Source of the DNA: Klebsormidium nitens
Lineage: Eukaryota > Plantae > Klebsormidiophyceae
DNA: 64,000 bases
Assembly (NCBI GenBank): GCA_000708835.1
Contig: DF237187.1
Span: 1 to 64,000, forward strand
Direction: 5' to 3'
Shown: positions 23,242 to 35,276 of the stretch, one piece after another
How positions within the stretch are numbered: position 1 is the first letter of the stretch
Layout of the letters: each line of letters starts with the position of its first letter
Notes under the pieces: model-generated
Database searches by the model: none
Seen by the model: the letters and a program-made list of their open reading frames with translations, nothing else
Told to the model about the DNA's origin: nothing
Made by a program: the position numbers and the translations under genes

Positions 23242-26200
23242 CTAGGACCGCGGCTCTACCACCTGGCGGAAGGTGATGCTGACACGTCGCTCGCCCGCCA
23301 GGTCCGCGTTCTTGATGGAGTGCGTGAAGTTGTAGCGGCTGTCCTGAGTTTGCACCTGGCCAGGTTAATAACGTGGCTTAGTCTTTCGCCTGGGGTGCTT
23401 AACCTGGGGTGCTTAACCTGACAACTGCCGACGTGTCACCCAAAAAGCGACCCATCCGGCCTCCTGAATGGGCCCGCGTTGGTCGCCCCGCCAGTTGTAA
23501 CGGACATCCTTTTGTTCGCCCTGCAACACGTTGCGGTGATACACTTCGGCCATCGAACTAGGGGCGTCTGGGCTGATGCGTCAAGAATTGTAAACAACTC
23601 CATTGTTTGTTGGCAGAGAACGCACCGTTCAACACTGCCCTATGCTTTTCTCGAGACCTTTGAGCTTTCCCCACTTCACAAACTAGGGGGACCAAACCTC
23701 CAAGTACGATCTCCACAATGCTGCAAGACGGAAGGCCTTCAAAGCATGGCGCTCAGCTAGAATATCGGAGTGTATCGGAGTGTCATTAAAACAATATTAT
23801 CTGCTTCCGGAGCGTTCCTATGTCACAAAATGTCTCGCTCAACGTATCCGAGTTTCTTTTCCTCATTGAGCGACCATCCCTTCTTCATCGAGGAGGCTTC
23901 CAGCCCACCTGTAGATACCGCCTGCAAAGAAGCAAGTGTTTTCAAAGCACTTAATGGTTACGGCGAGTGTAGAAAAGTTGTTCAAGAGGAGGCTTGGTTG
24001 AAAACCCGTTCGCCAAATGAGAGAAATTTCAGCCCACCTGTAGGCACCGCCGGGGCAGGCGCACCCGGAACTTCTCGGGGCGGCCCCTCTCCCGCTCGTA
24101 CGTCATGACGCAATCCGAGTGCAGGCTGATGCCCGCAATGATGGTGCCTGACAACTGCAGGTGATCGTTATGCTTTTGCCAGAGTGCTATGATTATCCAT
24201 TTTTAATTACTTCAACGCTGCCTGAACTGGTACCGATGCATCCGTCGTTCCTGCTACAGCCGCTGTCGTTCGTTTGTGGAAAAGTCTGGCGGTATGTGAT
24301 CCGAGGATGTTAGAGTCAGGAAAGAAACGACGGGTTCTTACTGTAGACGGGGAGATGACGAATTTACAGAGACAGATTGCGTGGACGAAGCGCATGAAAG
24401 TGAAAACCCCGCCCCCCTTTCCGCCCCCCCTTCATTCATACGCAGCTTGCAGGAAGCAACCTTATGGCAATCCCGCATCGAAATAAGCTTTGCAACCCAA
24501 ACGTATGCTACGGCAGCCAATAGCTTCCAGATCAGCTCCACTTCGCACAAATCAAGCAGAAGGGGTTGTCGTAGCGTTCTCATACCTGTCGATCGTCGAC
24601 GTGGGGTCGCAACCAGTGACCGTCTTCCCGTCGATAGTTGATGGCGTTACACTCATTCGGAACAAAGTTGGACAAGGGCGGCGCGACCGTCCGAATGCGG
24701 TCCAACACGGACTGGAGGAACGGGGGCATCGGACGCTTCGGCTTCAAAATGGTCCTGCAAAAAGTGGAAGCTCTTCGATGATCAGGGACCTGAGGCCGCA
24801 ATCCAAAGGAGAGGGAGAAGCGAGCTAGGGTCGCAAGGGGGACCTGGGCACTTGGATTTGGCGATGGGGAGTTGAAAAAACTTCGTCCGATTGAATAACA
24901 GTTTTCTCCTTCGGACGTTGCGAGCCGACTCCAAGGTCAACTGGGGATGCATGAGGCATTCAACGACAACGTAATTCAGTTCCGATGAGTCTAAGGTAAG
25001 CTGCCCATGAGGAGACAGAACCGGAGCAGGATAAGCCCACTTTTGCAACGAGGCAGACACCGGCGAGCCGCTATTAAAAAGGGGGGCCGCCTTCCTAGCC
25101 CCTCTTCTTGTCTAGGCTCCTGGATGAATACAACTTCGAACCTTTCTATTACTGGAGGCAAAGTGAAGACGAGGTTAGCGAAATGGTCAAAAGCCTTTCC
25201 ACAGACAGACAAGAGCGACGAAGAATCTCTCGTAGCTAAAGCGCACCTCCTCCGGAGGTCCGTCACGAAGCCGTACGCTTTGCCCTCGTTCAGGTCCCCG
25301 AACGCCCGTGACGTCACCCACGGGTTGCTGACGTCAGCGTCCAGCGAGGCGAGGATGTGCGCCTCCTCCTGCGAACAAAGAGCGACGTTTCCGCACATAA
25401 CTTTCTTCTGGTCAATGGAACTCATTTGCATTTTCGTAGTCTGTCTCTAGAGGTCCGTACGTTGTCTCTGAAGTCTAGCTACCGGTTTGTTTCATTTAAG
25501 AAGGTCTTTCATTCCGCTTCATACGCTGGCCTCGTAAGAGCCTGGATTGTATAAAGTGGGCTGCTTTGGCCATGTCCGCTTGCACAGTCCAGCGCAGCGA
25601 ATTGCCAAAAATCACAAAAGGAAACCCAATGTGAGCCGTCGAATCCTCGCAAGTGAATGAGAATCTTGGTGGGACTAGGAATCTAAGGTCACTACTGACC
25701 GATCGTGTAGATCTATCGGTTCAAGGTCTCTACCGAAGACCATACGCATTCCGATCGTCGCATCCCAAAAAGCTCAGGGAGCATTCGCAGCGCCTTTGGC
25801 AGGCTTGGAATGCAAGAAATGCCAACAGAACAGACAAACAAAAGTAACCCCGCTACGCCTCTTCACCTGCTCCGTCAGAAAGTTCTCCACGAGATAGTGC
25901 CCCTTCGGAGCGCTCGGTTGCCGCGCCTGGATCGCCGCCCAGGAGAGGCCGAACAGCGGCCGCTGCCCCCGTTCACGCACCATCCCGAGCAGGGTGTGAA
26001 CGGGCTCCCTCCTCACAGGGCTAGGAGTGCGAACAGGCTCCTGGCCAGGGATGTGAACAAGCTCGTTGCTGTTGATGTGAACAGGCTCCCAACTGTTGGC
26101 CTGAACAGGTTCTTGTGTCACCTCCCGCTGACCCCTGCCGTTTTCGGGTGCCGTTGACACAACCGAAACGGCCCCGTACCTTGTGCCAGTCTGAACTTCC

Positions 26201-27945
26201 CCGAGAGTGTCAGGGCCCCCGATCTCGTTTGCAGTGCCTTGGCCTGTGTGAATACCCCCTGAGGCCCCCTGCTTTCCAAGCCTTTCTCTCCACGGCTCTT
26301 CACACTGGCGCTCTGAAGCTCCATAAGCAGCAGCGGCACTGTCAGTGTGAAAAGGGTCCCGTCCGTCAACATTTGCACCAGGGAGCCACTCATTCAGCGT
26401 CGGCATGACTTCGAACTCTCCTATGCTTTCTCTCAGCCTGGTTTCTCTAGCCCCGCACTGCTTCCCTCCCTTCATTCCGTCCCCCAATCCATACACACCC
26501 GCGCCGTTTGCTTCTGCCCCCTCTAGTTGGGCGCCTTGTTCCCGTCCAACCCGGCCCGTTTCACCGAAATTTGCGCTCGTGTTGAATGCCTCTTCATGAT
26601 AGGCCCCTCTGCAGTGTGCATCATCAGAAACCCCGGCGTCGAACCTGCATTCCGTCATTCTGCAGACTCCGGTGCTGATGTCAGCAGCGTCAGGAGCAGG
26701 CTTGTTCTGGTCAAAGTTCTGCTGGTTTGAAGTCCGGGCGGTTGCAGGGGTTGGGGCGATTGCAGCTTCGGGTATGGTTGCTGGGTTTGTGGCGCGTTGC
26801 ACGCAATCGAGGTCCAAATGGTGGTTCATTCTTGTGAGCGGTATTTGCACCTGCGATAACAAACAGTTTCCATAAGGGTGAAGTACATAATACTGGGAAG
26901 CCTTCGCGGAGCTCTGACACAAGAGGATACTTTTGAGCCGTTTGCTGCTGTTCAGGCTGTCCGTAAGTTTATGACACTTTGGAATTTCGTTGCCCTCCCT
27001 TCTTTGGATGCACGGTGGCTCCGCCATTAGAAGGAAAGGCAATGAATCGAACAGAAGGCAGACAGAATCCTTTTTGATGTAAGCACAGAGTCCTCTTCCA
27101 GGTTTGCACCCCAGCCAATTGAGCCTGATCACCCTATGGGTGCCGATTAGAATGATACCTGGTCCCCCTCAAAGGACACGAAAGTCAAGCATAACTCTGC
27201 AAAGAAGCAGCGGATCAACCAACAGCAATGGAAGCAGCGCCGCAAATAGATCGTTCGCACCAGTCTCTCTTTTCTGCATTACAGGTGCCGGTTCGGAAAC
27301 AGGGAGAAAGTTACAGATTTGGCGGAATGTTCTGCACTAGAGTCAGTCACCCGTCACAAACTTGACCGAGCTGCAAGCAAAAGCGAGCTTGTGGCTTACT
27401 GTGCAGAGTGGACATTGAGCATATGCGCTCCCATTCACCGCCCTCCCCAACGCTGCCCTTGCGGCCCTCGCCCTCTCCCCATCTTGCTCAACGCTACGCT
27501 CTCGCTGGTGCGCCACCTTACGCCGCTTGATGAACGCCTCAAGGGAGCCTTTGCTGGACGTCAACTGTCTGGGTTGTTCGCAGATGTCGATAGGGTCGTC
27601 AAAGTCAGCTTGCACCTCTTCAATCAGACTGGCGATGCCTGGCTGAAGAGAAGTTGATACCTGCTGCGCGACTGTCCCGCTTTGCAGAGGCGCTTCAACT
27701 CGCCAGCCCTCACTTGTCTTCAGATTTCGAGTCTCCACCTCTCCTCCTCTCTGCAGTTCCCAAAGTTTGCTCTGTTCCCCCCCGCCATTGCTTTTACTTT
27801 GCCCCTCAACATTCCCGCTGTTAAGTATAGCAAGTTCTGTGCTTGGCTGTCCTGACTTCCGCGATGCTTTCAATGCAGGCTGCAAGAATGCTGTGAGGCG
27901 GGGCTGCACTGTCGGCCTCGCGCGTTTCCTGTCAGGCCTCCTCAT
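23242..27945 (-). CDS. AlkB-family 2OG-Fe(II) dioxygenase with N-terminal PIP-like box and UBZ4 (Rad18-type) zinc finger, 6 exons, 683 aa
   Basis: Exons 27400-27945, 25867-26850, 25247-25368, 24586-24754, 24038-24154, 23242-23355 (phases consistent). Catalytic domain ENFLTEQEEAHILASLD...PNECNAINY...PHVDDRQLSGTIIAGISLHSDCVM...LPRRCLQ...SRYNFTHSI...RRVSITFR (HxD...H...RxxxxxR). CPLCT|VQIPLTRMNHHLDLDC spans exons 1-2. QPRLTAFL lies near the N-terminus. Confidence 0.88.
25975..26115 (-). repeat. Degenerate coding repeat (EPV-x motif) within AlkB-like exon 2
   Basis: QEPVQANSWEPVHINSNELVHIPGQEPVRTPSPVRREPVHTLLG; DNA shows repeated gtgaac(a/g)ggctc motifs on the + strand. Confidence 0.7.
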
Positions 27946-28665
27946 GCTTTCACAACCTCTCCAGCCAACCCAGCTTGGAAGCGGCCGGCTACGAAAACAG
28001 CTCACAGTCCACGAAGAAAACCGTTGATGGAAGCACAAATTCTGCCCGAATTGACTTGAAAACCGAAGATTCTGCTCGAGGCAAGCAGGTCAACTTCAAA
28101 GCGCCATGCCACCTTGAGCTTAACAACGCCACCACGAATGTGCAAAGCAGCCAAAGATGGCTGGTGCTGGTCAAAGTTGAAGCCAGCTGGTTTCAAGTGG
28201 TTAAGAACCAAGGCCATTGATCAACACCACATTGCCGGTTGCGTTCCTGGTAGTAGTTCGGGATACAACTTCTAGGGCGGGCCAGTGCAAGAGTACGTGC
28301 CGTTTGTCTCTGCTCACATCTGTCCTCTGGGACAGTGTCAATTGACCGGGGGGCAGCCATTTGAATTTGGAAAATGCAGTCTAAGCTGCACACGCAGGCT
28401 GGGCTGAACTCAAGAAGCATTCGGACCAAGGACCAAGGTCCAAAGTCTTCACATTTCTTCGTCGTCGTGGGGGGCCCCACATGGGCCATGACATTGATCA
28501 GCAGCACCACTGCCACCAGGGCAATCTGAGGATTTTTCACATGGAGGTGCAAAGTTTGGCGGTTCGAAGGCATCAAGTCCGATAAGATAAAACCACATAG
28601 GAGCATTCTTCAGAAGGAGTTCTATTTGACGTTTTGGAGATCTCCTTCTATCCTTGTAAGCCACT

Positions 28666-31600
28666 ATGACCCAGTATTCGGGCACGTCCGCCCTGCACAG
28701 TTGGCGTCCTGCATTCAAAAAACAGTTTGCTATCCCAGCGACTGTCTTTGTCGTTTTGCTTGCAACACTCATCATGGGGACGTGCCTCAGTCAAGGCACG
28801 CTTTTAGAAAACGGCTGGGGCCCGGGAAGGTGGCATTTAGCAGGGCGCAAGAACCTAACTTGGGAAGCAAGGCCGTCCGTGGAGCATGTGACGAAACCTC
28901 CTGTTGAATTCAACCTCGAGACGGATCAACGTACAGAGGAAGGTTCCGAGCCGGATCTCAAGCAAGGTTTAGTGCCAGGCTCAGAGCCAGGTTTAGAGCC
29001 AGGTTCAGAGCCAGGTTCAGAGCCAGGTTTAGAGTCAGACTCAGAGCTAGTTCCGGAGCCAGCTTTAGAACCAGAATTAGTGCTAGGACCCAAGCCTCCT
29101 TTGGACTTGACCTGTGAGCAGTGGCTCTTAGAAGCTGATGGTCCGGTGGTCCCTGGGGGGAGAAACTTCTCTGATGAACCGGTGATGATATACGAGGCAG
29201 ATCTGCCGCCGTGGTTTGCGGCTTCTGAGGAGGAGCTGAGGAGCTGTGACGTAGCGTGCAGGTAAGTTTGTATCTTTCAGCATTGTGGAACGTGGAAACT
29301 TTCGGGGGCGAAACAGTTGGCTACTCGCATAGCGTGGTTTGTGTGCAGAAGCTGGTGGGGTAGTGAAGGCCCCAATCATCGTGTATCATAAGAAGAGGAA
29401 ACATAGTCTCTTGCAAAGCTCCATGAATCTGCCCAGTCTTATCGAGAAGCTACGTGCTTTTGTTTTACCAGACATACAAAGCGATGTCTCATTTGGTTCA
29501 GAAGAGCAGCTTTGTGCTTGCCTAGATTTTGAGAGCTTTCAAGGATACTCGACATCCATCAAGCTGCCCTTTTCAACCAACTTTTTCCCTGTTTCCTACT
29601 GATGCCTTCAATCCCGACTTGTCATGCAAAGAGTTGCTCCTTTGGATCCACGCGCAACATGGTTCACTCTGATGGTCATAAGTCACAACTGAAGTAGAAA
29701 ACCAAGAGTATGTGAGAGAAAATCTGTGAGCTGGGAATGAACATTGAATACGCGCTTCTTGTCAAGCCCTGTAAGCCATCCGGTTCGGGCCCCTCCCACT
29801 CGAGCTTCCTTTTTCAAAGTAAACACTCTTTTGTCACGAATAACCTCTCAGACATCGTCAATACGTTTCCTTCGACATCCCCCCCTATTTTCTTAGAAGC
29901 TTTCAACTTGTTTTGAGCTGACGTTCGTCCCTTTCCAGGCCCATTCTGCCAAACTCCGAGGAAGCCAAAAACGTCACACGGTGGGACGCCATGACCTGGC
30001 AGTGGCCTTCCGGCGCCCCCGACCGCTCTCACGGTTTCCGCGTGCTCCGCAACATGGAAAGCGCCGCCTACTACCCAATGCTGGCCGTCTCCGAGGCCCG
30101 CAAGCAGGGGTATGACATCATCATGACGTCAGAGCTGGCGTCCGACATCCCCCTGCTGTACATCGGTGGCAGTTACTTCGAGCCAGGGTTGGGGTTCGAG
30201 GAGAAGGTTCCAGCGGTCGCGGCCGCGATCAGTAACTGCGGCGGGTTTTCTTCGAGGTTGGAGATTATTGCGAAGTTGAGAGAGTTCGGGGTGGAGGTGC
30301 ATCAATACGGGAGGTGCAACCGAACGCACGAGTTCCCCGGTAAGAAAGTTTTCGTGTGACGCCCTTCCAGAGGTTCGATTAAGAAGTGCAGATTGTACAG
30401 GTCGACAGGTGCGCAGTCTACAAGACTCATACAGACGACATTTAGTGATCAGATGCGGATTTCGCCAAGTAAGATGGTCAAAAGTGCGGAGCTTGTAGGA
30501 ACAAGGAACGAGTTTCATGCAGACTCAGATTCGAGCACTCCGATTTTACATGTGCGCACGGTGTCCATCGCTGGAGCAGTCTGACTTTGTCGAGGCACAT
30601 CAAACTCTTCTAATTAGAGTATTCGACTTGAGTATTCGACTTCTAAGTCTTTCCTTCTTTTTGCATCCGCTAACCATGAAGAAGGGTGCAAGACCGGTCG
30701 ACTCAGATTGGAAGCTTCCCCGCAGACGAACCGCCCCCCCCGGGTATGAACGAAGCAGACGCGCTGGCGCACCGATACCTCTTCTACTACGCTGCTGAGA
30801 ACAGCATCTACCCAGACTACGTCTCTGAGAAATTCTTCCGGGGGCTCCGAGTTGGCACCGTCCCCGTCTATCTGGGAACGGCCACAGCCGTCGATTTCGC
30901 GCCCGCCGAAAATGCGATTCTGTGGCTGAGTGGGATCGAGGACGTGCCACGTGTCGCTGAGGAGATCAAGCGACTGACGAACGACCGGGCCGCTTTTGAG
31001 GTGAGGCATCGCTTATGGAGAGCGGTTCTTAACCGAGGAAGGAAACGGATGGTTGACAAGTAGAGCTTGCTCGTGTATCGTGAGGGAGTTGTTAATCGAT
31101 GACAAGAATCGACTTTGGTAGTCGTACTCTAGCATTCGGTACTTTGGCGCTCTGGGTGCTGGACGGTCGAAAGCCGGTGATCTTCTTCACGAGGTCCTTC
31201 ACGAGCGGAGAGGTGCCGCAAATCTTACAACCTCAGAACTGCGGAAGGTGGGAAGATCAGACGGGTCGGACAGCTTTTGCTTGACCCGCTCCGCTGTCCG
31301 TGGCGCTGGTTGCTCAAGAAGGTAAGAGTTGCTGATTGCGGTTGACGGCGCGGCTGACCGTCTTTGAAGGGCTCTCGAACCCTGTTCACTCGGGTGAGTG
31401 TTTGAGGCGGTGCTGATTGTATTTAGGAGTGGCTTGAGAGATCTCTTATGTCTGCAGGAACGACTCGCGTGAAAGTCAAGCCTTTTAAGGCCTCACGAAT
31501 GGTGGTCAAGCGGGTGCGAAAATCGGATGTGCAAAGTGTAAGCAAAGTGGCTCGAAACAAATTCACTTTACTGTTATCTCTTTGATTATATATGATCATT

Positions 31601-32206
31601 CAAACATTGATCTATTTGCAGGAACGACTGGCGTGGAAGACCCGCGGTGCCTCCGACGCATTTCTGGCGCTTCTCAGCCTCAACGCGTTCGCTCGTTCGT
31701 GTGTCCTGTGCATACACATCGCAACGAAACTACAGGAAGAGGCGCTAGCAGCACCGACGTTGCCTGAGCTGGAAATCGGCACCACTGCTATAGGCCAAGC
31801 GGATACGAGCATGGAACCGGTTGATGGGACTCGGCCGTGCTCATGTGCCGAAGACGTAGGGTTCGAGGGGGGAAAGGAAAGCGGCTTGCAGACGGTTTAT
31901 CACTTGTACGTGCGTGAACTGAACGCTTTTCGGTATCTTGACGTATTTATTCGGTCCACTGACTTGAGTATCGCGGGGCTCGAGAAAGCCATATTGGCGC
32001 GGTTTCAGGCGACAGACTATGCGCCGGTGTTTGTAAGGTATGGGTTTCACAACTCTAGAGACGGATATAAGGTGTTTAAGGTATACCCAGCATTGACAAA
32101 CCAAAGACGTGTTTTGTTCGAGGATGGTGCCTTTGCCTCGGATGACGACTTTAGAAAACACTTGGACTCTGTTCCATGTCCACGGTTGGAAGTTATATTC
32201 GTTTAA
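28666..32206 (+). CDS. Glycoprotein core alpha-1,3-fucosyltransferase (GT10, plant FucTA/FUT11-12 type), 4 exons, 618 aa
   Basis: Exons 28666-29261, 29939-30339, 30726-31000, 31622-32206 (1857 nt). Type II TM anchor FAIPATVFVVLLATLIMG; LRNMESAAYYP...GYDIIMTSELASDIP; AAISNCG; GT10 motif YLFYYAAENSIYPDYVSEKFF; plant-type C-terminal domain RPCSC..TVYHLYVRE...KVYP...PCPRLEVIFV. Confidence 0.92.
28970..29075 (+). repeat. 12-bp coding minisatellite (PGSE/PGLE) in the fucosyltransferase stem region
   Basis: ccaggctcagag ccaggtttagag ccaggttcagag ccaggttcagag ccaggtttagag followed by degenerate units; encodes PGSEPGLEPGSEPGSEPGLESDSELVPEPALEPE. Confidence 0.9.
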
Positions 32207-33123
32207 ACGTACTGCGTGCTGTCCGCATAAACTCGACCATTGCCTTGCTGATATGTTTGCGGGAACGTTCAGCCACATCTGCAGAGTATCGTTGACAATC
32301 GGACATCAAGGTGCACTTAAAGCTGACTTGTATGTAGATGTGTTCAACCAATACTGACCACATGGAGGTTGGCTGGTCCTATATGAAGCAATCGGGGGTG
32401 TTGGCCATAGAACCAAGCGATGCATGTGGAGGCCGTCGAATCGTTATTTACATTGTCAGCATATGTATCGCGATCATGGTCCAGACATTGGATTGAATGC
32501 GTTAGTTGAGAGCTTCTGCATGACGAAGAATCTGATACCTTTAAATTACGTCGATCTCGACGTTTCTATCAAGTTTGACCTCTACTTTCGATTGTTGACC
32601 CGTCGAATGCGTTTGAGCTGGGGCCCGACATTGCCAATAGCATGGCCGCGCGTAGGATGGATGACGTGCATCCTACACCAACGTACCGTCCTACTATTAA
32701 GGCCCGCCAAGAACATTTCAGGGTTAGGAGAGAGACTACGTACTAAGACGTGGTATGTGCCATTGCATGCAGGAGCTGCTCAGCTTGCACAGGAGCTCCG
32801 CCCGAGTGCTCCACAATGCCCGCCCGGTGGATTCCGGGCAATCGATTCCGTTCCGTCTGATCCGCGTGCCGTAGTTGCTGTGCCGGAATGTGCAGCACCG
32901 TCAATGTTTCAACCACGCCAAGTTAAGTTTTGTGGCCCTGGGCAGTGTTGCTACACAGCAGCATTTGATCCTGTTAATGTTCAGTTATCAGCAGAGGCGC
33001 TTGCCTGAGCTCTGTGAGGGTTTTGCTAATGCCATTCATGGTGCTTTCATAGAGCCTGCTCGTATCTTGTGCTGACATGCGGGGCGGTGATTTGCGGTCG
33101 TAACATGGTTATGGTCGGAACCA

Positions 33124-34784
33124 ATGGCGTCTAGCAGAGTTTGGGAAGTCCTGAGTGAGAGCGTGAGGCGTCTGAAACGGAGGGAGAACATTGCGGCGTG
33201 GGGGGTGGCAGGAACGGCCGCTTACTTTCTTTGGGTGCGCCCAGAGCAGAAGAAGGAAGAGGCACGCAAGGTAAGATCGAAGGTCGGATGACACTGCGCA
33301 AAGTTTCCTGTGACCAGGGTCTGCTCTTACAAGGGGCTCCTCTACAGAAGCAGGTCTCGCCGTGCTCCGATGGTCACGCTTCAATGAATGATTCGTATTT
33401 GGCCAACTGAGCCTGAGAAACTGGTTTCTCATCATCAACTCTCTGGGGACTGGGGTGGTCGAATGGGGCATGGTTGGATAGCTGCTTCTAATGTCATCTG
33501 TGCTGTTTGCCTTTTTTGCATGTGGTTTAGTTGTGGAAGAATAGCTGTGGTCACAGATTTGGGAGAGCTGCAAGAGAACCAGATTGACCGCGAATGCTGT
33601 ATGACAGATTAGTCTGTCAGCTGATGCTTGAAGATCATCGATGGGGATTGTCCCAGAGACTGCGGAAGAGATTGGGGTGTCTGCTTTTGCTTTCGATGGA
33701 AGTTTGCTTCTTGCAAATCACAAAGCAGTAGACTCTCCATCAGTCGAAGCTCTTGAATCGTGGAAGCCTTTGTAAGTTGTAGATGCATCATACATGCTTG
33801 AGGATCAAAGTACTGAGGAGTATCGATTTGTCCTCATTTGTCCCCTTCTCCCGCGGTTGCCCCTGTTTTATACTTGGATTGGAATCGAATCTTACGCTCC
33901 ACTTGTTTTCCTCTTCTCAAGCCTCCAGCTTGTAAAATCTTCTTCTGCGAGAAACTGCAGGAACTCTGCGCTTCTTTCTTTAGCTCTCAAGCAGCAGAGG
34001 TCCTGCAGACTGACCACCACCACCTCATCGAGTCCTGACAGAGCTCCTATTGATTTTATAATTTCCTGGCATAGTCCCTTCCCTCATCCCCCTTCGCCAC
34101 AAGTTGACAGCCCAACCACCTCTAAACTAGCAACCTCAGCCACTAACCCTGAAAGTAATCCGGAAGAGTTGTCCACAGAGTTCCCTGGAGTCCACATTGT
34201 CTTTCCACCGGCAACCTTTTGGCGAACAGCAGACTCTGTTGCTGACTTTATGGATTAGTGATCCAATCCAATGGGGGCTTGATGATTTCAATCTGTCCAC
34301 ACTCTTCAGGCGGCGGAAGCTTTACGGCGGGAGAACGATCGGCATCGATATATAGAAAAGTCGAAGCCGAAAGCAGATCCGCAGGTACGTGCGCCGCACC
34401 TTTTCTTCGAAAAATCACGTGCGCTGCTTGAGAGGCCTTTAGATGTACAAGAGCATCCTTGCTTGGCTGTCCTTTTTGTATAAGGTGCCATCTCCGACAG
34501 CTGGTGTCATGGTTTGTCCAAAACCAGGCTGATGACCATGTAGCAAGTTCTGGTTACACCTGATTGATTGGTTCTCTGTATGGTTAAAAAGGGGAGGTTA
34601 GCTTTGGTCAACGGAGAATGTCAATACAATGTTATCTATGCTAAGCTACGAGAGCGCAGATCTTGAAACGCACATGTAGCTTAAGGACAATCTTGTGATC
34701 TCCTTTCTGCAGGCGACTGGTTTGACTTACGGAAAGAAAGGGGAGGATGCTGCCTCCTCATTAGGAAGCAAGGGTTCGGATTGA
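33124..34784 (+). CDS. Small single-TM protein of unknown function, 3 exons, 97 aa (not shown correctly in the ORF track)
   Basis: Exons 33124-33270 (AAG|GTAAGA), 34310-34384 (TTCAG|...CAG|GTACGT), 34713-34784 (CTGCAG|...TGA), all phase 0: MASSRVWEVLSESVRRLKRRENIAAWGVAGTAAYFLWVRPEQKKEEARK|AAEALRRENDRHRYIEKSKPKADPQ|ATGLTYGKKGEDAASSLGSKGSD*. From memory it resembles a small uncharacterised land-plant family (AxWxVAGxxAYFLWxxP...YxEKxKPxxDPQxTGLxYG); not database-verified. Confidence 0.8.
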
Positions 34785-35207
34785 ATCATCCGCCTGTTCA
34801 GAAAAGTTGAGGTACGACGGGATTATTGTAGTGTACCATCCTGAGCACACGTAAGGCGCAAGGGGCATAACATAATCTTGCATAGCATCAGACAAAGCGA
34901 TTGCCTGTTGCTAGAGAGAACTTTTTGATTACCGTGATGGTTCCCGCCGTCAGCTCAAAGTAAAGTGCAAGCTAGATTGGTTGCAAGATCAGTTCAGAAT
35001 AAGAGTCTCTTAGTAAGCTGGTCGAGAAGTCACCCAAGGCCAATATCATTGATCGACCATTTGAAACACTTCGAGCACAAGTTGGCATAGCCAGGACCTT
35101 CAAAAGCTAGAACCGCAAAGATGGTAATGTCGAGTCGGACCACGAGCTATATTGCACTATAATGCCTATTGCACGGACGATGTTCAACATGTAGGAGCTA
35201 GTACAGC

Positions 35208-35276
35208 TGCACAGGCACTCAATCGTACAGGACGGTAGTGGCAGCCACTATACCGTCTTGTACAAGTGCCTGTGCA
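35208..35276. other. Near-perfect 69-bp inverted repeat (hairpin)
   Basis: tgcacaggcact...gtacaggacggt-agtggc a gccact-at-accgtcttgtac a agtgcctgtgca: three paired blocks of 12, 12 (one G-T) and 6 bp with small bulges. Confidence 0.85.

Noticed and set aside
32424-33008. 194-aa + strand ORF
   Set aside because: No recognisable motif or splice support; lies in the promoter region of the small-protein gene.
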